The notes: generated by a model from the letters alone, not told the origin. A stretch of DNA of 64,000 nucleotides from an uncultured Acidobacteriota bacterium (GCA_963740655.1 CAVUFF010000001.1:23442-87441), one strand, 5' to 3'; numbered from the stretch's first letter, positions 30,033 to 40,395 are shown. Translations and numbers: made by a program.

Positions 30033-30925
30033 GCCGGATCCGGATCGGGACCCGCGGCAGCGCGCTCGCGCTGTGGCAGGCGCGCCACGTCCAGGCGCGC
30101 CTCGAGTCGCTGGGCCACGAGGTGAGCCTCCAGGAGATCACGACCACCGGCGACCGCCTGCAGGACAAGCGGCTCGAGGTGGTGGGCGGCAAGGGCGCCT
30201 TCCTGAAGGAGATCGAGGAAGCGCTGCTGGCGCGCGAGGTGGACCTCGCGGTGCACTCGCTCAAGGACGTGCCGACGGCGCTGCCGTCCGCGCTGCGGCT
30301 CTGCGCGATCCTCGAGCGCGCGGACCCGCGTGACGCTTTCGTCTCGTCGGGCCCGGGGCTGCGCGAGCTTCCGGCCGGTGCGCGGGTCGGGACGACCAGC
30401 CTCAGGCGGCGTGCGCTCGTCACCGCGCTGCGGCCGGACCTGCGGCTCGAGGACCTGCGCGGCAACGTGGACACGCGCCTGCGGCGGCTGCGCGAGGGCC
30501 GCTTCGACGCGATCCTGCTGGCGATGGCGGGCCTCGCGCGGCTCGGCCGCGCCGACGAGGTGACGGAGCCGCTCGACGCGCGCGCGTTCGTGCCCGCGCC
30601 CGGGCAGGGCGCGATCGCGCTCGAGTGCCGCGAGGACGATGCCGCGCTGCGGGCGGCCATGGCACCGCTCGACCATGCCCCGACGGCGCGCGCCGTGGCG
30701 GCGGAGCGCGCCTTCCTCGGCGGGCTCGGCGGCGGCTGCAACGTGCCGCTCGGAGCCCACGCCTTCGAGGCGGCGGGTGCGCTCGAGCTCGTCGCCTTCG
30801 TGGCGGCTCCGGACGGGAGCGGGCTCGTCCGCGGCGAGCGGCGCGGAAGCGACCCCACGGCGCTCGGCCGCGAGCTCGCGGACGAGATGGCCCGGCGGGG
30901 CGCGCGCGCGCTCATCGGCAGCTGA
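30029..30925 (+). CDS. hemC: Hydroxymethylbilane synthase
   Basis: GTRGSALALWQ, AVHSLKDVP, RGNVDTRL and GGCNVP. Confidence 0.96.
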   Translation: MSRIRIGTRGSALALWQARHVQARLESLGHEVSLQEITTTGDRLQDKRLEVVGGKGAFLKEIEEALLAREVDLAVHSLKDVPTALPSALRLCAILERADPRDAFVSSGPGLRELPAGARVGTTSLRRRALVTALRPDLRLEDLRGNVDTRLRRLREGRFDAILLAMAGLARLGRADEVTEPLDARAFVPAPGQGAIALECREDDAALRAAMAPLDHAPTARAVAAERAFLGGLGGGCNVPLGAHAFEAAGALELVAFVAAPDGSGLVRGERRGSDPTALGRELADEMARRGARALIGS

Positions 30926-30928
30926 CCG

Positions 30929-31696
30929 GTGAGCGCACTGCGCGGCCGGCGCGTGGTGGTCACGCGCCAGAAGAGCCAGTCCGAGGGCCTCGCGGAGCGG
31001 CTCGAGGCGCGTGGAGCAGAGGTCCTGCAGGTGGCCGCGCTCGAGATCGTGGCGCCCGCCGACATCGGCCCGCTCGACGAGGCGCTCGAGGCGCTCGAGC
31101 GCTACGACTGGGTCGTGCTCACGAGCGCCAACGCGGTGAAGGCGGTGCTGTCGCGCCTCACGGTGCTCGGGCTCTACCCGAAGCTCGGCGGTGACGGGCG
31201 CCGGATCGCCTCGGTGGGGCCGTCGACGACGGCGGCGCTGCGCGCCTCGTTCCCCGAGGACAGAGTCGCGCTCGAGCCCGGGCACGATGCGCGGGCGGCC
31301 GGCCTCGTGGCGGCATTCGCGAGCGAAAAGCTCGCCGGCCGGCGCGTGCTGGTTCCGTCCTCCTCCGAGGCGCGCGAGGAGCTGGCGGCGGGCCTGCGCG
31401 AGCGGGGGGCCGTCGTGGAGGTCGTGGCGGCCTACAGGCCCGTCGAGCCGCCGGGGCTGGCGCAGAGCGTGGCCGAGGCCCTGGCGCGGGGCTTCGACCT
31501 GGCGCTCTTCGCATCTCCCTCTGCCGTAGAGGCTTTTGCCCGCGCTGCGGGCGAGCGGGCGCGCGGCCTGCCGGCAGTCGTGATCGGCCCCACGACCGAG
31601 GCGGCCGCCCGGGAGGCGGGGCTCGACGTGCGGGGGATCGCCTCGCCTTCGACGGCCGAGGGCCTCCTCGAGGCCGCCGAGCGGGCGCTCGCGTGA
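30929..31696 (+). CDS. hemD: Uroporphyrinogen-III synthase
   Basis: VVVTR, LTSANAV, FASPSAV and IGPTT. Confidence 0.92.
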   Translation: MSALRGRRVVVTRQKSQSEGLAERLEARGAEVLQVAALEIVAPADIGPLDEALEALERYDWVVLTSANAVKAVLSRLTVLGLYPKLGGDGRRIASVGPSTTAALRASFPEDRVALEPGHDARAAGLVAAFASEKLAGRRVLVPSSSEAREELAAGLRERGAVVEVVAAYRPVEPPGLAQSVAEALARGFDLALFASPSAVEAFARAAGERARGLPAVVIGPTTEAAAREAGLDVRGIASPSTAEGLLEAAERALA

Positions 31697-31707
31697 TCGA
31701 CCGTTCC

Positions 31708-31737
31708 TTGACAGCATCCCGCTGAACCGCCTAGAAT
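31708..31737 (+). promoter_or_regulatory. Sigma70 promoter of rpsA
   Basis: TTGACA-18 bp-TAGAAT. Confidence 0.7.
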
Positions 31738-31838
31738 TCGGCGTTTGGCGTGGACGGTTGTGGGCCCCTTCGGGGCGTCCGAGCCGCTTCCCCCTGCCGG
31801 ACGAAATCTCGAGAAAGCTGGAGGACCAGAGTCCCCTC

Positions 31839-33635
31839 ATGCCGGAGACCGAAAAGACACGTAAGGCCGTCGCCCCCGTCGCCTCGCGAGCCGCAGCGCC
31901 CGCCCCGATCGAGGACGAAACGAACGAGCCGGGCGTCGACCCGGCCGAGTACGAGAAGCTCCTCGACATGTACGACGTCAGCTTCCGCAACTTCGCCGAG
32001 GGCGAGGTGGTGCGCGGCGTCGTGCTGCGGGTTTCCGAGTCCGAGGTGATCGTCGACGTCGGCTACAAGTCCGAGGGCATGATCGCGCTCGAGGAGTTCC
32101 GCGACGAGAACGGGCAGATCGTGGTGAAGGCGGGCGACTCGGTCGACGTGCTGATCGAGAAGACCGAGGACCGCGAAGGCTACGTCGTGCTGTCCAAGGA
32201 AAAAGCCGAGAAGATGAAGGTCTGGGACGACGTGGAGCGCGCCTACCAGGAGCGCCGCGTCGTCGTGGGCCGTGTCATCGAGCGGGTGAAGGGCGGGCTC
32301 GCCGTCGACATCGGCGTGCGCGCCTTCCTGCCCGGCAGCCAGGTGGACGTGCGGCCGGTCCGCAATCTCGACGCGCTCAAGGGGCAGGAGCTCCGCATGC
32401 GCGTGATCAAGGTCAACAAGAAGCGCGGCAACATCGTGCTGTCGCGCAAGGCGGTCCTCGAGGAGGAGAACGCCGAGCGCAAGACGCAGACGCTCGAGAC
32501 GCTCGAGGAGGGCAAGGTGCTCACCGGCTCGGTCAAGAACATCACCGAGTACGGCGCCTTCGTGGACCTGGGCGGCATCGACGGCCTGCTGCACATCACC
32601 GACATGTCGTGGGGCCGCATCAACCACCCGAGCGAGGTCATCGCCGTCGGCGACGACGTGAAGGTGGTGGTGCTGAAGTTCGACCGCGACACCGAGCGCG
32701 TCTCGCTCGGCATGAAGCAGCTGCTGGCCGACCCCTGGACGACCGCGACCATCAAGTACCCGGTGGGCGCGCGCGTGAAGGGCAAGGTCGTGAGCCTCAC
32801 CGACTACGGCGCCTTCGTCGAGCTCGAGCAGGGCGTCGAGGGCCTGATCCACGTCTCCGAGATGTCCTGGTCGAAGAAGGTCAAGCACCCCTCGAAGCTG
32901 CTGAGCGTGGGGCAGGAGGTCGAGTGCCAGGTGCTCGGCCTCGACCAGGAGGCGCACAGGATCAGCCTCGGCCTGAAGCAGGTCGAGCCGAACCCGTGGG
33001 AGCAGCTCGCCGAGAAGTACCCGATCGGCTCGCGGCTCAAGGGCAAGGTGCGCAACCTCACCGAGTTCGGCGCCTTCGTCGAGGTCGAGGAGGGCATCGA
33101 CGGGCTCGTGCACATCTCCGACATGTCGTGGACCAAGCGCATCAAGCACCCCTCCGAGGTGCTGAAGAAGGGCGACACGGTCGACGCCGTGGTGCTCAAC
33201 ATCGACGCCGAGAACCAGCGGCTGTCGCTGGGCCTCAAGCAGCTGTCGACCGACGTGTGGGACGACTACTTCTCGCACCACAAGGCCGGCGACATCGTCG
33301 AGGGCAAGATCGTGCGGCTCACGACCTTCGGCGCCTTCGTCGAGCTCGCGGAGGGCGTCGAGGGCCTGGTGCACGTCTCGGAGCTCGACGAGAAGCGCGT
33401 CGACAAGCCCGAGGAGCATTTCAAGCCGGGCGACACCTTCCCGATGAAGATCATCAAGGTGCAGGAAGCCGACAAGAAGATCGGGCTGTCGATCCGCGCG
33501 GTGAAGTCGGACGAGTACGCGCAGGACGTGCAGGCCTATCGCCAGTCTTCCGGAAGCGATCGCTCGACCCTCGGCGACGTGTTCCGTGCCGCGCAGCAGG
33601 CCGCCCAGAAGGAGTCCGAGTCCGAGAAGGAGTAG
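31839..33635 (+). CDS. rpsA: 30S ribosomal protein S1
   Basis: Six S1 repeats (YGAFVDLGGIDGLLHI and similar). Confidence 0.97.
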   Translation: MPETEKTRKAVAPVASRAAAPAPIEDETNEPGVDPAEYEKLLDMYDVSFRNFAEGEVVRGVVLRVSESEVIVDVGYKSEGMIALEEFRDENGQIVVKAGDSVDVLIEKTEDREGYVVLSKEKAEKMKVWDDVERAYQERRVVVGRVIERVKGGLAVDIGVRAFLPGSQVDVRPVRNLDALKGQELRMRVIKVNKKRGNIVLSRKAVLEEENAERKTQTLETLEEGKVLTGSVKNITEYGAFVDLGGIDGLLHITDMSWGRINHPSEVIAVGDDVKVVVLKFDRDTERVSLGMKQLLADPWTTATIKYPVGARVKGKVVSLTDYGAFVELEQGVEGLIHVSEMSWSKKVKHPSKLLSVGQEVECQVLGLDQEAHRISLGLKQVEPNPWEQLAEKYPIGSRLKGKVRNLTEFGAFVEVEEGIDGLVHISDMSWTKRIKHPSEVLKKGDTVDAVVLNIDAENQRLSLGLKQLSTDVWDDYFSHHKAGDIVEGKIVRLTTFGAFVELAEGVEGLVHVSELDEKRVDKPEEHFKPGDTFPMKIIKVQEADKKIGLSIRAVKSDEYAQDVQAYRQSSGSDRSTLGDVFRAAQQAAQKESESEKE

Positions 33636-33642
33636 CGAGGCG

Positions 33643-33921
33643 ATGACCAAGGCCGAGCTGGTGGACGAGGTCGGGCGCGAGGCCACCCTCACCCGCAAGC
33701 ATTCCGAGGTCATCGTCGACGCCGTCTTCTCGACGATCGTCGAGGCCCTGCAGCGCGGCGACAAGATCGAGCTGCGGGGCTTCGGCAGCTTCCGCGTGCG
33801 GCGGCGCAAGAGCCGCACCGGTCGCAACCCGAAGACCGGCCAGGGCGTCGTGGTTCCGGCCAAGACGGTGCCGTACTTCAAGCCGGGCAAGGAGCTGCGC
33901 GAGCTTTTGAACCGCGACTAG
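33643..33921 (+). CDS. ihfB: Integration host factor beta / HU-family protein
   Basis: MTKAEL, IELRGFGSF, GRNPKTG and PYFKPGKEL. Confidence 0.85.
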   Translation: MTKAELVDEVGREATLTRKHSEVIVDAVFSTIVEALQRGDKIELRGFGSFRVRRRKSRTGRNPKTGQGVVVPAKTVPYFKPGKELRELLNRD

Positions 33922-33933
33922 GCGCGCGCACGC

Positions 33934-35700
33934 ATGTTCGCCGCCCTCTTCCTGAAGGACCCGGCTGCCGCGCGCTACGCGGCCGGCGGGCTCGCCGAGG
34001 CCGAGGAGCTGTTCGGCTCGCCGCTGCCCGACCTGCCGGCCCTCGAGCTCGACGCAGGGCGCGAGGTGTTCCTCGTGCACGTGCACTCGAAGCTGCGCGT
34101 GCTGCAGCAGCGCTTCATCGAGGCCCAGCTCGGGCAGATCGGCGCGCTCACGCTGCGGGGCGGCGACCCGGCGCGCGACTTCTCGGAGTTCGAGAGGACG
34201 CTCGCGCGCGTCGTCGGCTCCGTGCGCGAGTCGGACCGGCGCCAGGGCCTGCTGAACCTGTTCTGGCTGGCGCTCAGCCTGGACGCCGCCGAGCACCTGC
34301 GCGCGCTCGAGACCCGCAGCCAGTCGCTGCGCAAGGGCAAGCAGTCCCTGCACCCGCTGCTGCAGTCGTTCTACCGCCGGATCGACCAGGACTGCCGCCG
34401 CGCCCAGCACAACGGCGGCGGCGCCTTCTCCGAGAATCCCGCGCTCGTGGCGTCGATCATCGAAGACGGCTTCGCTTTCACCGAGACGAGCTCGGACGAG
34501 CTCGACGTCGGCCGCTTCCTGGCGGCGAACAAGCGCTACCGCATCGCGCCCGAGGCCTTCTACGAGATCCAGCAGGTGCTGGTGCGCGAAGCCGAGCGGC
34601 GGCTGCGCGAAGGCGACCGTGGCCTGCTGGCGCGCGTCTCGCGGCACCTGCCGCTCGTGCCGCGCGAGCACTACTTGAGGCCGCAGACGCTGGTGCGGAT
34701 CGTGCTGAGCCCGCGAGTGCAGACCTACCTGATGGGGGACTGGACGACGGGCGCGCGGCTCGTCGCGGCGCCCGCGATCAAAGCCGAGGCCGAGCGCCGT
34801 CGGGGCGCCGAGGTGCTCGACGCCTTCCTCGACCTGTCGGCGGGGCTGCGCCGCTTCGAGCTCGTCTCGCAGGTGCGCGACCGCATCGAGGCGCTCGGCG
34901 CCGAGCGCTCGCTCGAGCTCGAGGAGAAGACGCGCCAGGGCCTGCGCGTGTACGAGTTCGGCGAGTCGGCGCAGGTGCTCAACAACGCCGTCGCCGCGAC
35001 CGTGCTGTTCCTGGACCTGCGCGGCTTCACGCGCACCGCGGAGGGCCAGATCTCGGAGGGCGACCTGACGCGCGAGCTCTACGGAGTGTTCGACGACTTC
35101 GTGCCGATCGTCGAGCGCTTCGGGGGCACCGTCGACAAGTACCTCGGCGACGGCATGATGGTGACCTGGGGCACCAAGCGCGCTGACCCGCTCGACCCGC
35201 TGCACGCGCTGCGGACCGCGGTGCTGTGCCAGGAGTCGCTGCGCCGCAAGCGCGAGGCGGGCCGGACCTTCTTCAAGATGGGCGTCGCGATCCACCACGG
35301 CCGCGTGTACCTGGCGCGCTTCGTCGCCTGCCACGGCGAGCTGCACTCGACCGTGATCGGGCGCAACGTGAACCTGGCCGGGCGGCTGTCCTCGGCGGCC
35401 AAGCGCGGGATCGAGGAGGACGGCGTGCCCGTCGCGAAGCCGAAGCGCTCGAAGGCGGAGCCGGGGGTGAGCGTCGATCCGGACGGCACGCTGTTCAACG
35501 AAGGCATAGCACTCAGCCGCGACGCCGTGAACCAGCTCGAGGCGCACCTGGCGCTCACGCACAACGAGGGTGGCGTCATGGAGTACGAGGACGAGGCGAT
35601 CGGGCGCCGGATCCTGATCCGCTATGCGGGCGACGCACGCTTCAAGGGCGTGAGCGCCAGCCTGCCGGTGTACGACGCGAGCTTCGAGGAGCGGGCGTAG
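33934..35700 (+). CDS. Class III adenylate/guanylate cyclase with uncharacterised N-terminus
   Basis: FLDLRGFT, DKYLGDG and TVIGRNVNLAGRL. Confidence 0.85.
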   Translation: MFAALFLKDPAAARYAAGGLAEAEELFGSPLPDLPALELDAGREVFLVHVHSKLRVLQQRFIEAQLGQIGALTLRGGDPARDFSEFERTLARVVGSVRESDRRQGLLNLFWLALSLDAAEHLRALETRSQSLRKGKQSLHPLLQSFYRRIDQDCRRAQHNGGGAFSENPALVASIIEDGFAFTETSSDELDVGRFLAANKRYRIAPEAFYEIQQVLVREAERRLREGDRGLLARVSRHLPLVPREHYLRPQTLVRIVLSPRVQTYLMGDWTTGARLVAAPAIKAEAERRRGAEVLDAFLDLSAGLRRFELVSQVRDRIEALGAERSLELEEKTRQGLRVYEFGESAQVLNNAVAATVLFLDLRGFTRTAEGQISEGDLTRELYGVFDDFVPIVERFGGTVDKYLGDGMMVTWGTKRADPLDPLHALRTAVLCQESLRRKREAGRTFFKMGVAIHHGRVYLARFVACHGELHSTVIGRNVNLAGRLSSAAKRGIEEDGVPVAKPKRSKAEPGVSVDPDGTLFNEGIALSRDAVNQLEAHLALTHNEGGVMEYEDEAIGRRILIRYAGDARFKGVSASLPVYDASFEERA

Positions 35701-35717
35701 CATGGAGCGGCGCTAGC

Positions 35718-36200
35718 GTGGAGCGCCTGTTCACGCCGTGGAGGCTGAGCTACGTGACGAGCCAGGACGCGGTCTCGGGCTGTGCGCTCTGCCGGGCGCG
35801 CGACGGCGCGGAAGGGGCGGACCGGCTCGTGGTCCACGCGGGCGAGCACTGCTTCGTGGTGATGAACCTGTACCCCTACACCGGGGGCCACGTGATGGTG
35901 ACGCCGAAGCGCCACATCGCGACGCTGCGCGAGGCGACCGCCGAGGAGCTCGGTGAGATGATGAGCCTGGCGCGCCGGCTCGAGGAGGTGTACCGCGAGG
36001 TGTACCGGCCCGACGGTCTCAACGTGGGGATGAACCTCGGACGCGCGGCAGGCGCGGGGATCGCCGACCACATCCACCTGCACGTGGTGCCGCGCTGGAG
36101 CGGCGACACCAACTTCATGACCTCGATCTCGGGCACGCGCGTGATTCCCGAGGACCCGGAGCAGTCGTGCCTGCGGCTGCGCCCGTACTTCCAGAAATGA
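35718..36200 (+). CDS. HIT-family hydrolase
   Basis: NLYPYTGGH and HIHLHVVPRW. Confidence 0.93.
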   Translation: MERLFTPWRLSYVTSQDAVSGCALCRARDGAEGADRLVVHAGEHCFVVMNLYPYTGGHVMVTPKRHIATLREATAEELGEMMSLARRLEEVYREVYRPDGLNVGMNLGRAAGAGIADHIHLHVVPRWSGDTNFMTSISGTRVIPEDPEQSCLRLRPYFQK

Positions 36201-37225
36201 GCGGCCGGGGCGGGCGGTCGTCGGGACGCGCGCTCGTGGTGCTCGGGCTCGCCGCGCTGCTGCTGGCGGCGCCGGCCGCTCCGCAGCAGGCTCCGAGCGG
36301 CCCGGTGGTGACGAGCCTCATGCTGTTCGCCGGCACCGGCGCGGGGCTCCATCGCTCGACCGACTGGGCGCGGACCTGGAAACTGGTCGAGGGACGCCCC
36401 TCGGGCGTCCACCTCGACGGCATGGGCGCCGCGCGCGCGCTCGTGCTGCTCACGACCGAGATCTGGGTCGGCGGCGAGGGCGTCTACGTCTCCGACGACT
36501 TCGGCGACACCTGGACGAAGCGCGGCGACACGGGCGGCGTCCGCGTGCTGCTTCCCGCGCGCTGGCCCCAGTCCGACCCGACGGTCTTCGCGGGCACGGC
36601 CGCCGGGCTGCTGCGCTCGCGCGACGCCGGCAAGAGCTTCGAGCCGACGGCACTCGCGGGAACGGCGGTCCATCGCGTCGAGTGGCCGGGGCCCGCGCTC
36701 GTCGTCGCGTGCGACCGCGGCGTGCTCGTGAGCACGGACGAGGGTCGCAGCTTCACCGGGCCCGGCGCGGGACTGCCGGAGGGGCCCGTGCACGCAATAG
36801 TGCTCTCGACCTTCTTCGCCGCCGACCCGGTGCTCTTCGCTGCGCCGGCCTCGGGCGGCGTCTACCGCTCCTCGGACGGCGGCAAGAGCTGGCAGGCTTC
36901 CGGCCTGGTGGGCGAGACGGTGGGCGACCTCGTGTGGCTCGGGCCGTTCCTCTACGCGGCGGGCGCCTCGGGCTTCTTCCGCAGCCAGGACGCGGGGGCG
37001 ACCTGGTCGCGGCTCTCCGACAGCCCGGGGCGGCCGTCGCGGCTCCTGTTTCCGCTCGCGCCGGGCGCGGGGCTCGAAGCCTTCCTCGCGACCGAGCGGG
37101 GCCTGTTCCGGACGCGCGACGCGGGCGAGCGCTGGGAGATCGCCGGCTTCGCCGGGCAGGACGTGCTGACGGTCGCCACCTTCCCGGCGCCCGAGCCGCT
37201 CGCCCAGTCGAAGCGGCGCAAATGA
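36197..37225 (+). CDS. Secreted BNR/Asp-box beta-propeller protein
   Basis: Repeated SxDxGxTW motifs; signal peptide. Confidence 0.85.
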   Translation: MSGRGGRSSGRALVVLGLAALLLAAPAAPQQAPSGPVVTSLMLFAGTGAGLHRSTDWARTWKLVEGRPSGVHLDGMGAARALVLLTTEIWVGGEGVYVSDDFGDTWTKRGDTGGVRVLLPARWPQSDPTVFAGTAAGLLRSRDAGKSFEPTALAGTAVHRVEWPGPALVVACDRGVLVSTDEGRSFTGPGAGLPEGPVHAIVLSTFFAADPVLFAAPASGGVYRSSDGGKSWQASGLVGETVGDLVWLGPFLYAAGASGFFRSQDAGATWSRLSDSPGRPSRLLFPLAPGAGLEAFLATERGLFRTRDAGERWEIAGFAGQDVLTVATFPAPEPLAQSKRRK

Positions 37226-38067
37226 GGTTCGCCAAGGCGCACGGGCTCGGGAACGACTTCATCCTGGTGGCGGCGGCCGCGGCCCCGGCCGACGGCGCGG
37301 CGCCGGCCTCGGAGTGGGCGGTGCGGCTCTGCGACCGCCACCGCGGCATCGGCGGCGACGGGGTGGTGCTCCACGCGCCGACGAGCGACGGCGTGTCGTT
37401 CCGGCTGATCAACGCCGACGGCCTGCCGGGCGAGATCTCGGGCAACGGTGTCCGCTGCCTCGCCGCGCTCGCGGTGCGCGAGGGCTGGGCCGAGGCGCGG
37501 CACGTGGTGAGCACGGTCGTCGGCGCCAAGGCGGTCGAGGTCACGAAGGTCGCCGGCAACCGCTACGTCGTCGATACCGATCTCGGAAAGCCGGCGCTCG
37601 GCAGCCGCGACGTTCCCGTCGCGCTCGAGCCGGCGGCGGAGCGGGTCGTCGACCATCCGCTCCAGGCCGGCAGCCGACAAGTGGCCGTCACCGCCACGTC
37701 GATGGGCAATCCTCACTGCGCCCTGTTCCTGGAGGAGGAGGTGGACGACCACCTGCTCTACGAGCTCGGGCCGCTCCTCGAGCGCCACCCGTTCTTCCCG
37801 AAGCGCACGAACGTCGAGTTCGTGACGGTCAGGAGCCGGGACGAGATCCGCGTCCGCTTCTGGGAGCGCGGGGTCGGCTACACGATGGCGTCGGGCACCG
37901 GGTCGGCGAGCGCGGCCGTCGCCGCGATCGTCACGGGTCGCTGCGGCCGCCGGGTGAAGGCGGTCTGCGACGGCGGCACGCTGCAGATCGAGTGGCCCGA
38001 CGGCGGCAGCGTGCGCCAGACGGGCGAGGTCGAGATCCTGTACGTGGCGGACTGGCTCGGCGCGTAG
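37222..38067 (+). CDS. dapF: Diaminopimelate epimerase
   Basis: KAHGLGNDF, SMGNPH, TNVEF and WERGVG. The catalytic positions read Ser (EISGNG, ASGTGS) rather than Cys. Confidence 0.9.
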   Translation: MRFAKAHGLGNDFILVAAAAAPADGAAPASEWAVRLCDRHRGIGGDGVVLHAPTSDGVSFRLINADGLPGEISGNGVRCLAALAVREGWAEARHVVSTVVGAKAVEVTKVAGNRYVVDTDLGKPALGSRDVPVALEPAAERVVDHPLQAGSRQVAVTATSMGNPHCALFLEEEVDDHLLYELGPLLERHPFFPKRTNVEFVTVRSRDEIRVRFWERGVGYTMASGTGSASAAVAAIVTGRCGRRVKAVCDGGTLQIEWPDGGSVRQTGEVEILYVADWLGA

Positions 38068-38077
38068 CGGCGCGGGG

Positions 38078-40330
38078 CTACTGGACGACCGTGAACGCGA
38101 CGCGGCGCGTCGCGAGGGCGTTGGCGTTCTCGTCGCTCACCGTCATCCGGAGCTCGTAGTCGCCCGGCTCGAAGCGGCCGAGCTTGATGCGGCTCGTGTG
38201 GGGGACGGGTGGGCCATTGGGGCCGCCCCACTCCATCGCCTCGGGCGCGGCCTTGCCGAGCGTCACGCCCTGCCTCAGGATCTCGGCCTGCGCGAAGAGC
38301 CGCGTGGCGCCTCCGGCGTCGAGCTTCGGGTTGTAGGCGTAGATCTGCGCGTAGAGGCTCTCTCCCTTGCGGTAGCGGCGCAGTGCCTGAGCGTTCTTCA
38401 GGTCCGGCGCGTCGCCTTCGGTCCTGGCCGCCTCGGCCGTCGGCTGCGCTGCGCCGGCCTCGTGCAGCAGGAACAGGCTGCTGAGCGTGAGATGGCCGGG
38501 TGCGATGTCGGGGATCTCGACCCACTGCCAGGCGCTGCCGAGCAGGCCCGTGCCCTCCTCGCGGACCGCGAGGCGGACCTGGTAGCGCCCCGGCTTCAGC
38601 GCGGCGGCCTTCTGGTACGCGACGCCGTCCTGCGCGACGCGCTCGTAGTCGGCGTCGCGCAGGTCCATCGTCGTGCGCTCGGTCGCGAGCGTCGCGGCGC
38701 TCGCGCCCTCCTCGTCGAAGGCCACGGCCACGCTCTCGAGCGTCGCCTTGCGCCGGTCGGGCAGCCGCACGAACGGCAGCGTGCTGACGTCGATGTTGCC
38801 GCTCACCACGAGCTGGGTGCTGCCGTCCGCGAGCCCGACGAAATCGGCCGAGACGCGCACCGGGATGCCCTCGAGCGGCGCGAGCGAGTGGAGCGCCGAG
38901 GTCATCTCCGCGCGGCGCTGCTCGGCGCGGCGCGCCTCGTCGGCCGCCGTGGCGGCGGCCGCGAGCTGACGGCGGCGGTCGTCGGGAGCGAAGTAGCCCG
39001 AGCGCGTGCGCAGCTTGACGCCGTGCACGTTCGGCACGCGCACCTCGATCTTGCGGAAGCTGCCGTCGCGCTTCGCATTGGTGGGCTCGTACGCCAGCAC
39101 GTAGTAGGTCTCGGTGTCCTTCAACACCTCGTGCAGGCCGCTGCGCAGGTCGTTCGAGTTCTCGATCATGAAGCCGCCGGTGTCCGCCGCCAGCGCGTTC
39201 ATGGCGTCCCGCGTCGCTTCCTCGCCGCGATGCCGCATCGCCTCCACGTTGCCGGACGTCGCGGGAAGGATGCGCGTGAGGCTCGAGGCGCTCGCGACCG
39301 GCGGGCTCGCGATCAGGCCGCGGGTGTCGAGCGCGTAGATGACGACTGCCGCACGCGTCGCGGCGTCCGCGATGCGGCGCACGTCGAAGCCCGTCGAGGC
39401 GCGGTTGGTCGTCATCCCGGTCAGGAATCCGTCCGAGAAGAAGAAGATCGCCTTGCGGCCCGAGAGCCCCGACAGCCCGCGGCACAGGCCCTCGAGCGAC
39501 TCGAGCACCAGGCGCGAGTTGTAGACGCCCTCCTCGGTGATCGCGCGCGCCTTGTTGCGCGCGATCGACTCGGCCGCGCCGGCGTCCTGCTCGATGCCCG
39601 AGGCCAGGATCTCCTGCACGGCGGCGTCGAGCGCCGTCGGGTCGCCGGCCTCGATGAGCTCGGCCTGGTAGTCGCTCAGGTACGGCACGCCCGTCCACGC
39701 GGCGCGGCGGTCCTGCACGGACAGACGCGACAGCGTCTGGCGCAGCGCGGCGCGGTCGGCGCTGAACTCCTGCGAGATCGCCCCGGCGCCGCTCGTGGTG
39801 ACGAGCGCCAGCTGATCCTCGGTCAGCAGGTCCTGGTCGATGAAGCGGCCGAGCGCCTTCTTGGTGCGCACCAGGCTCTCGAAAGACATGTGGACGTCGT
39901 CGATCGCCAGCACGACGTAGCGCCCGGGCAGGAGGCCTTCGGTCGCGTCGTTCCCCGCGGGCTCCTGCGTCTCGGCGGGGGCGGGGGAGCCCTTGGGAGG
40001 CGGCGTGGGGCGCGTGAACGCCTGGAACTGGACGATCGGCTGGGGCTTGCCGTCCTCGAGCACGACGAAGTCGTCGCGCGTCAGCCCCGCCCGCGCGCGG
40101 CGCTTCTCGGTCGCGACCACGTCGATGCGCACGACCTCGACGCTCGCGGGCGGGAGCGTCTGGATCGGCTGCGCGTCCGGCTCCGCCTGCGGCTTGGGCT
40201 GCGGCGCCTGGGCCGGCTGCTGGGCGGCCTGGTCCGGCTGCTGCGCGCGCAGCCCCGGCGGACCCGCGAGCGCGCCGAGGACGAGGCCCGATAGGACGCA
40301 GGAGCGGAGCCGGAGCCGTCGCGAGCGCAT
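38078..40330 (-). CDS. Secreted VWA-domain protein (Acidobacterial VWFA-related type)
   Basis: VRIDVV, GLTRDDFVVLEDG, GRKAIFFFSDG, LAADTGG and YYVLAY. Confidence 0.85.
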   Translation of the reverse strand: MRSRRLRLRSCVLSGLVLGALAGPPGLRAQQPDQAAQQPAQAPQPKPQAEPDAQPIQTLPPASVEVVRIDVVATEKRRARAGLTRDDFVVLEDGKPQPIVQFQAFTRPTPPPKGSPAPAETQEPAGNDATEGLLPGRYVVLAIDDVHMSFESLVRTKKALGRFIDQDLLTEDQLALVTTSGAGAISQEFSADRAALRQTLSRLSVQDRRAAWTGVPYLSDYQAELIEAGDPTALDAAVQEILASGIEQDAGAAESIARNKARAITEEGVYNSRLVLESLEGLCRGLSGLSGRKAIFFFSDGFLTGMTTNRASTGFDVRRIADAATRAAVVIYALDTRGLIASPPVASASSLTRILPATSGNVEAMRHRGEEATRDAMNALAADTGGFMIENSNDLRSGLHEVLKDTETYYVLAYEPTNAKRDGSFRKIEVRVPNVHGVKLRTRSGYFAPDDRRRQLAAAATAADEARRAEQRRAEMTSALHSLAPLEGIPVRVSADFVGLADGSTQLVVSGNIDVSTLPFVRLPDRRKATLESVAVAFDEEGASAATLATERTTMDLRDADYERVAQDGVAYQKAAALKPGRYQVRLAVREEGTGLLGSAWQWVEIPDIAPGHLTLSSLFLLHEAGAAQPTAEAARTEGDAPDLKNAQALRRYRKGESLYAQIYAYNPKLDAGGATRLFAQAEILRQGVTLGKAAPEAMEWGGPNGPPVPHTSRIKLGRFEPGDYELRMTVSDENANALATRRVAFTVVQ

Positions 40331-40395
40331 GTGCGAGTCTAGGCCGGGTCGCGGCGGCGTTCCAAGCGGGTCGGGTCCGTGCGGCACGCGCGCGC

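Noticed and set aside
33934-35700. Pycsar/CBASS-type defence cyclase
   Set aside because: Adenylate-type specificity residues, housekeeping context and no adjacent TIR or TM effector.
26023-35703. Long antisense ORFs (854, 774, 719 and 749 aa)
   Set aside because: Shadow frames of high-GC coding genes; no motifs.
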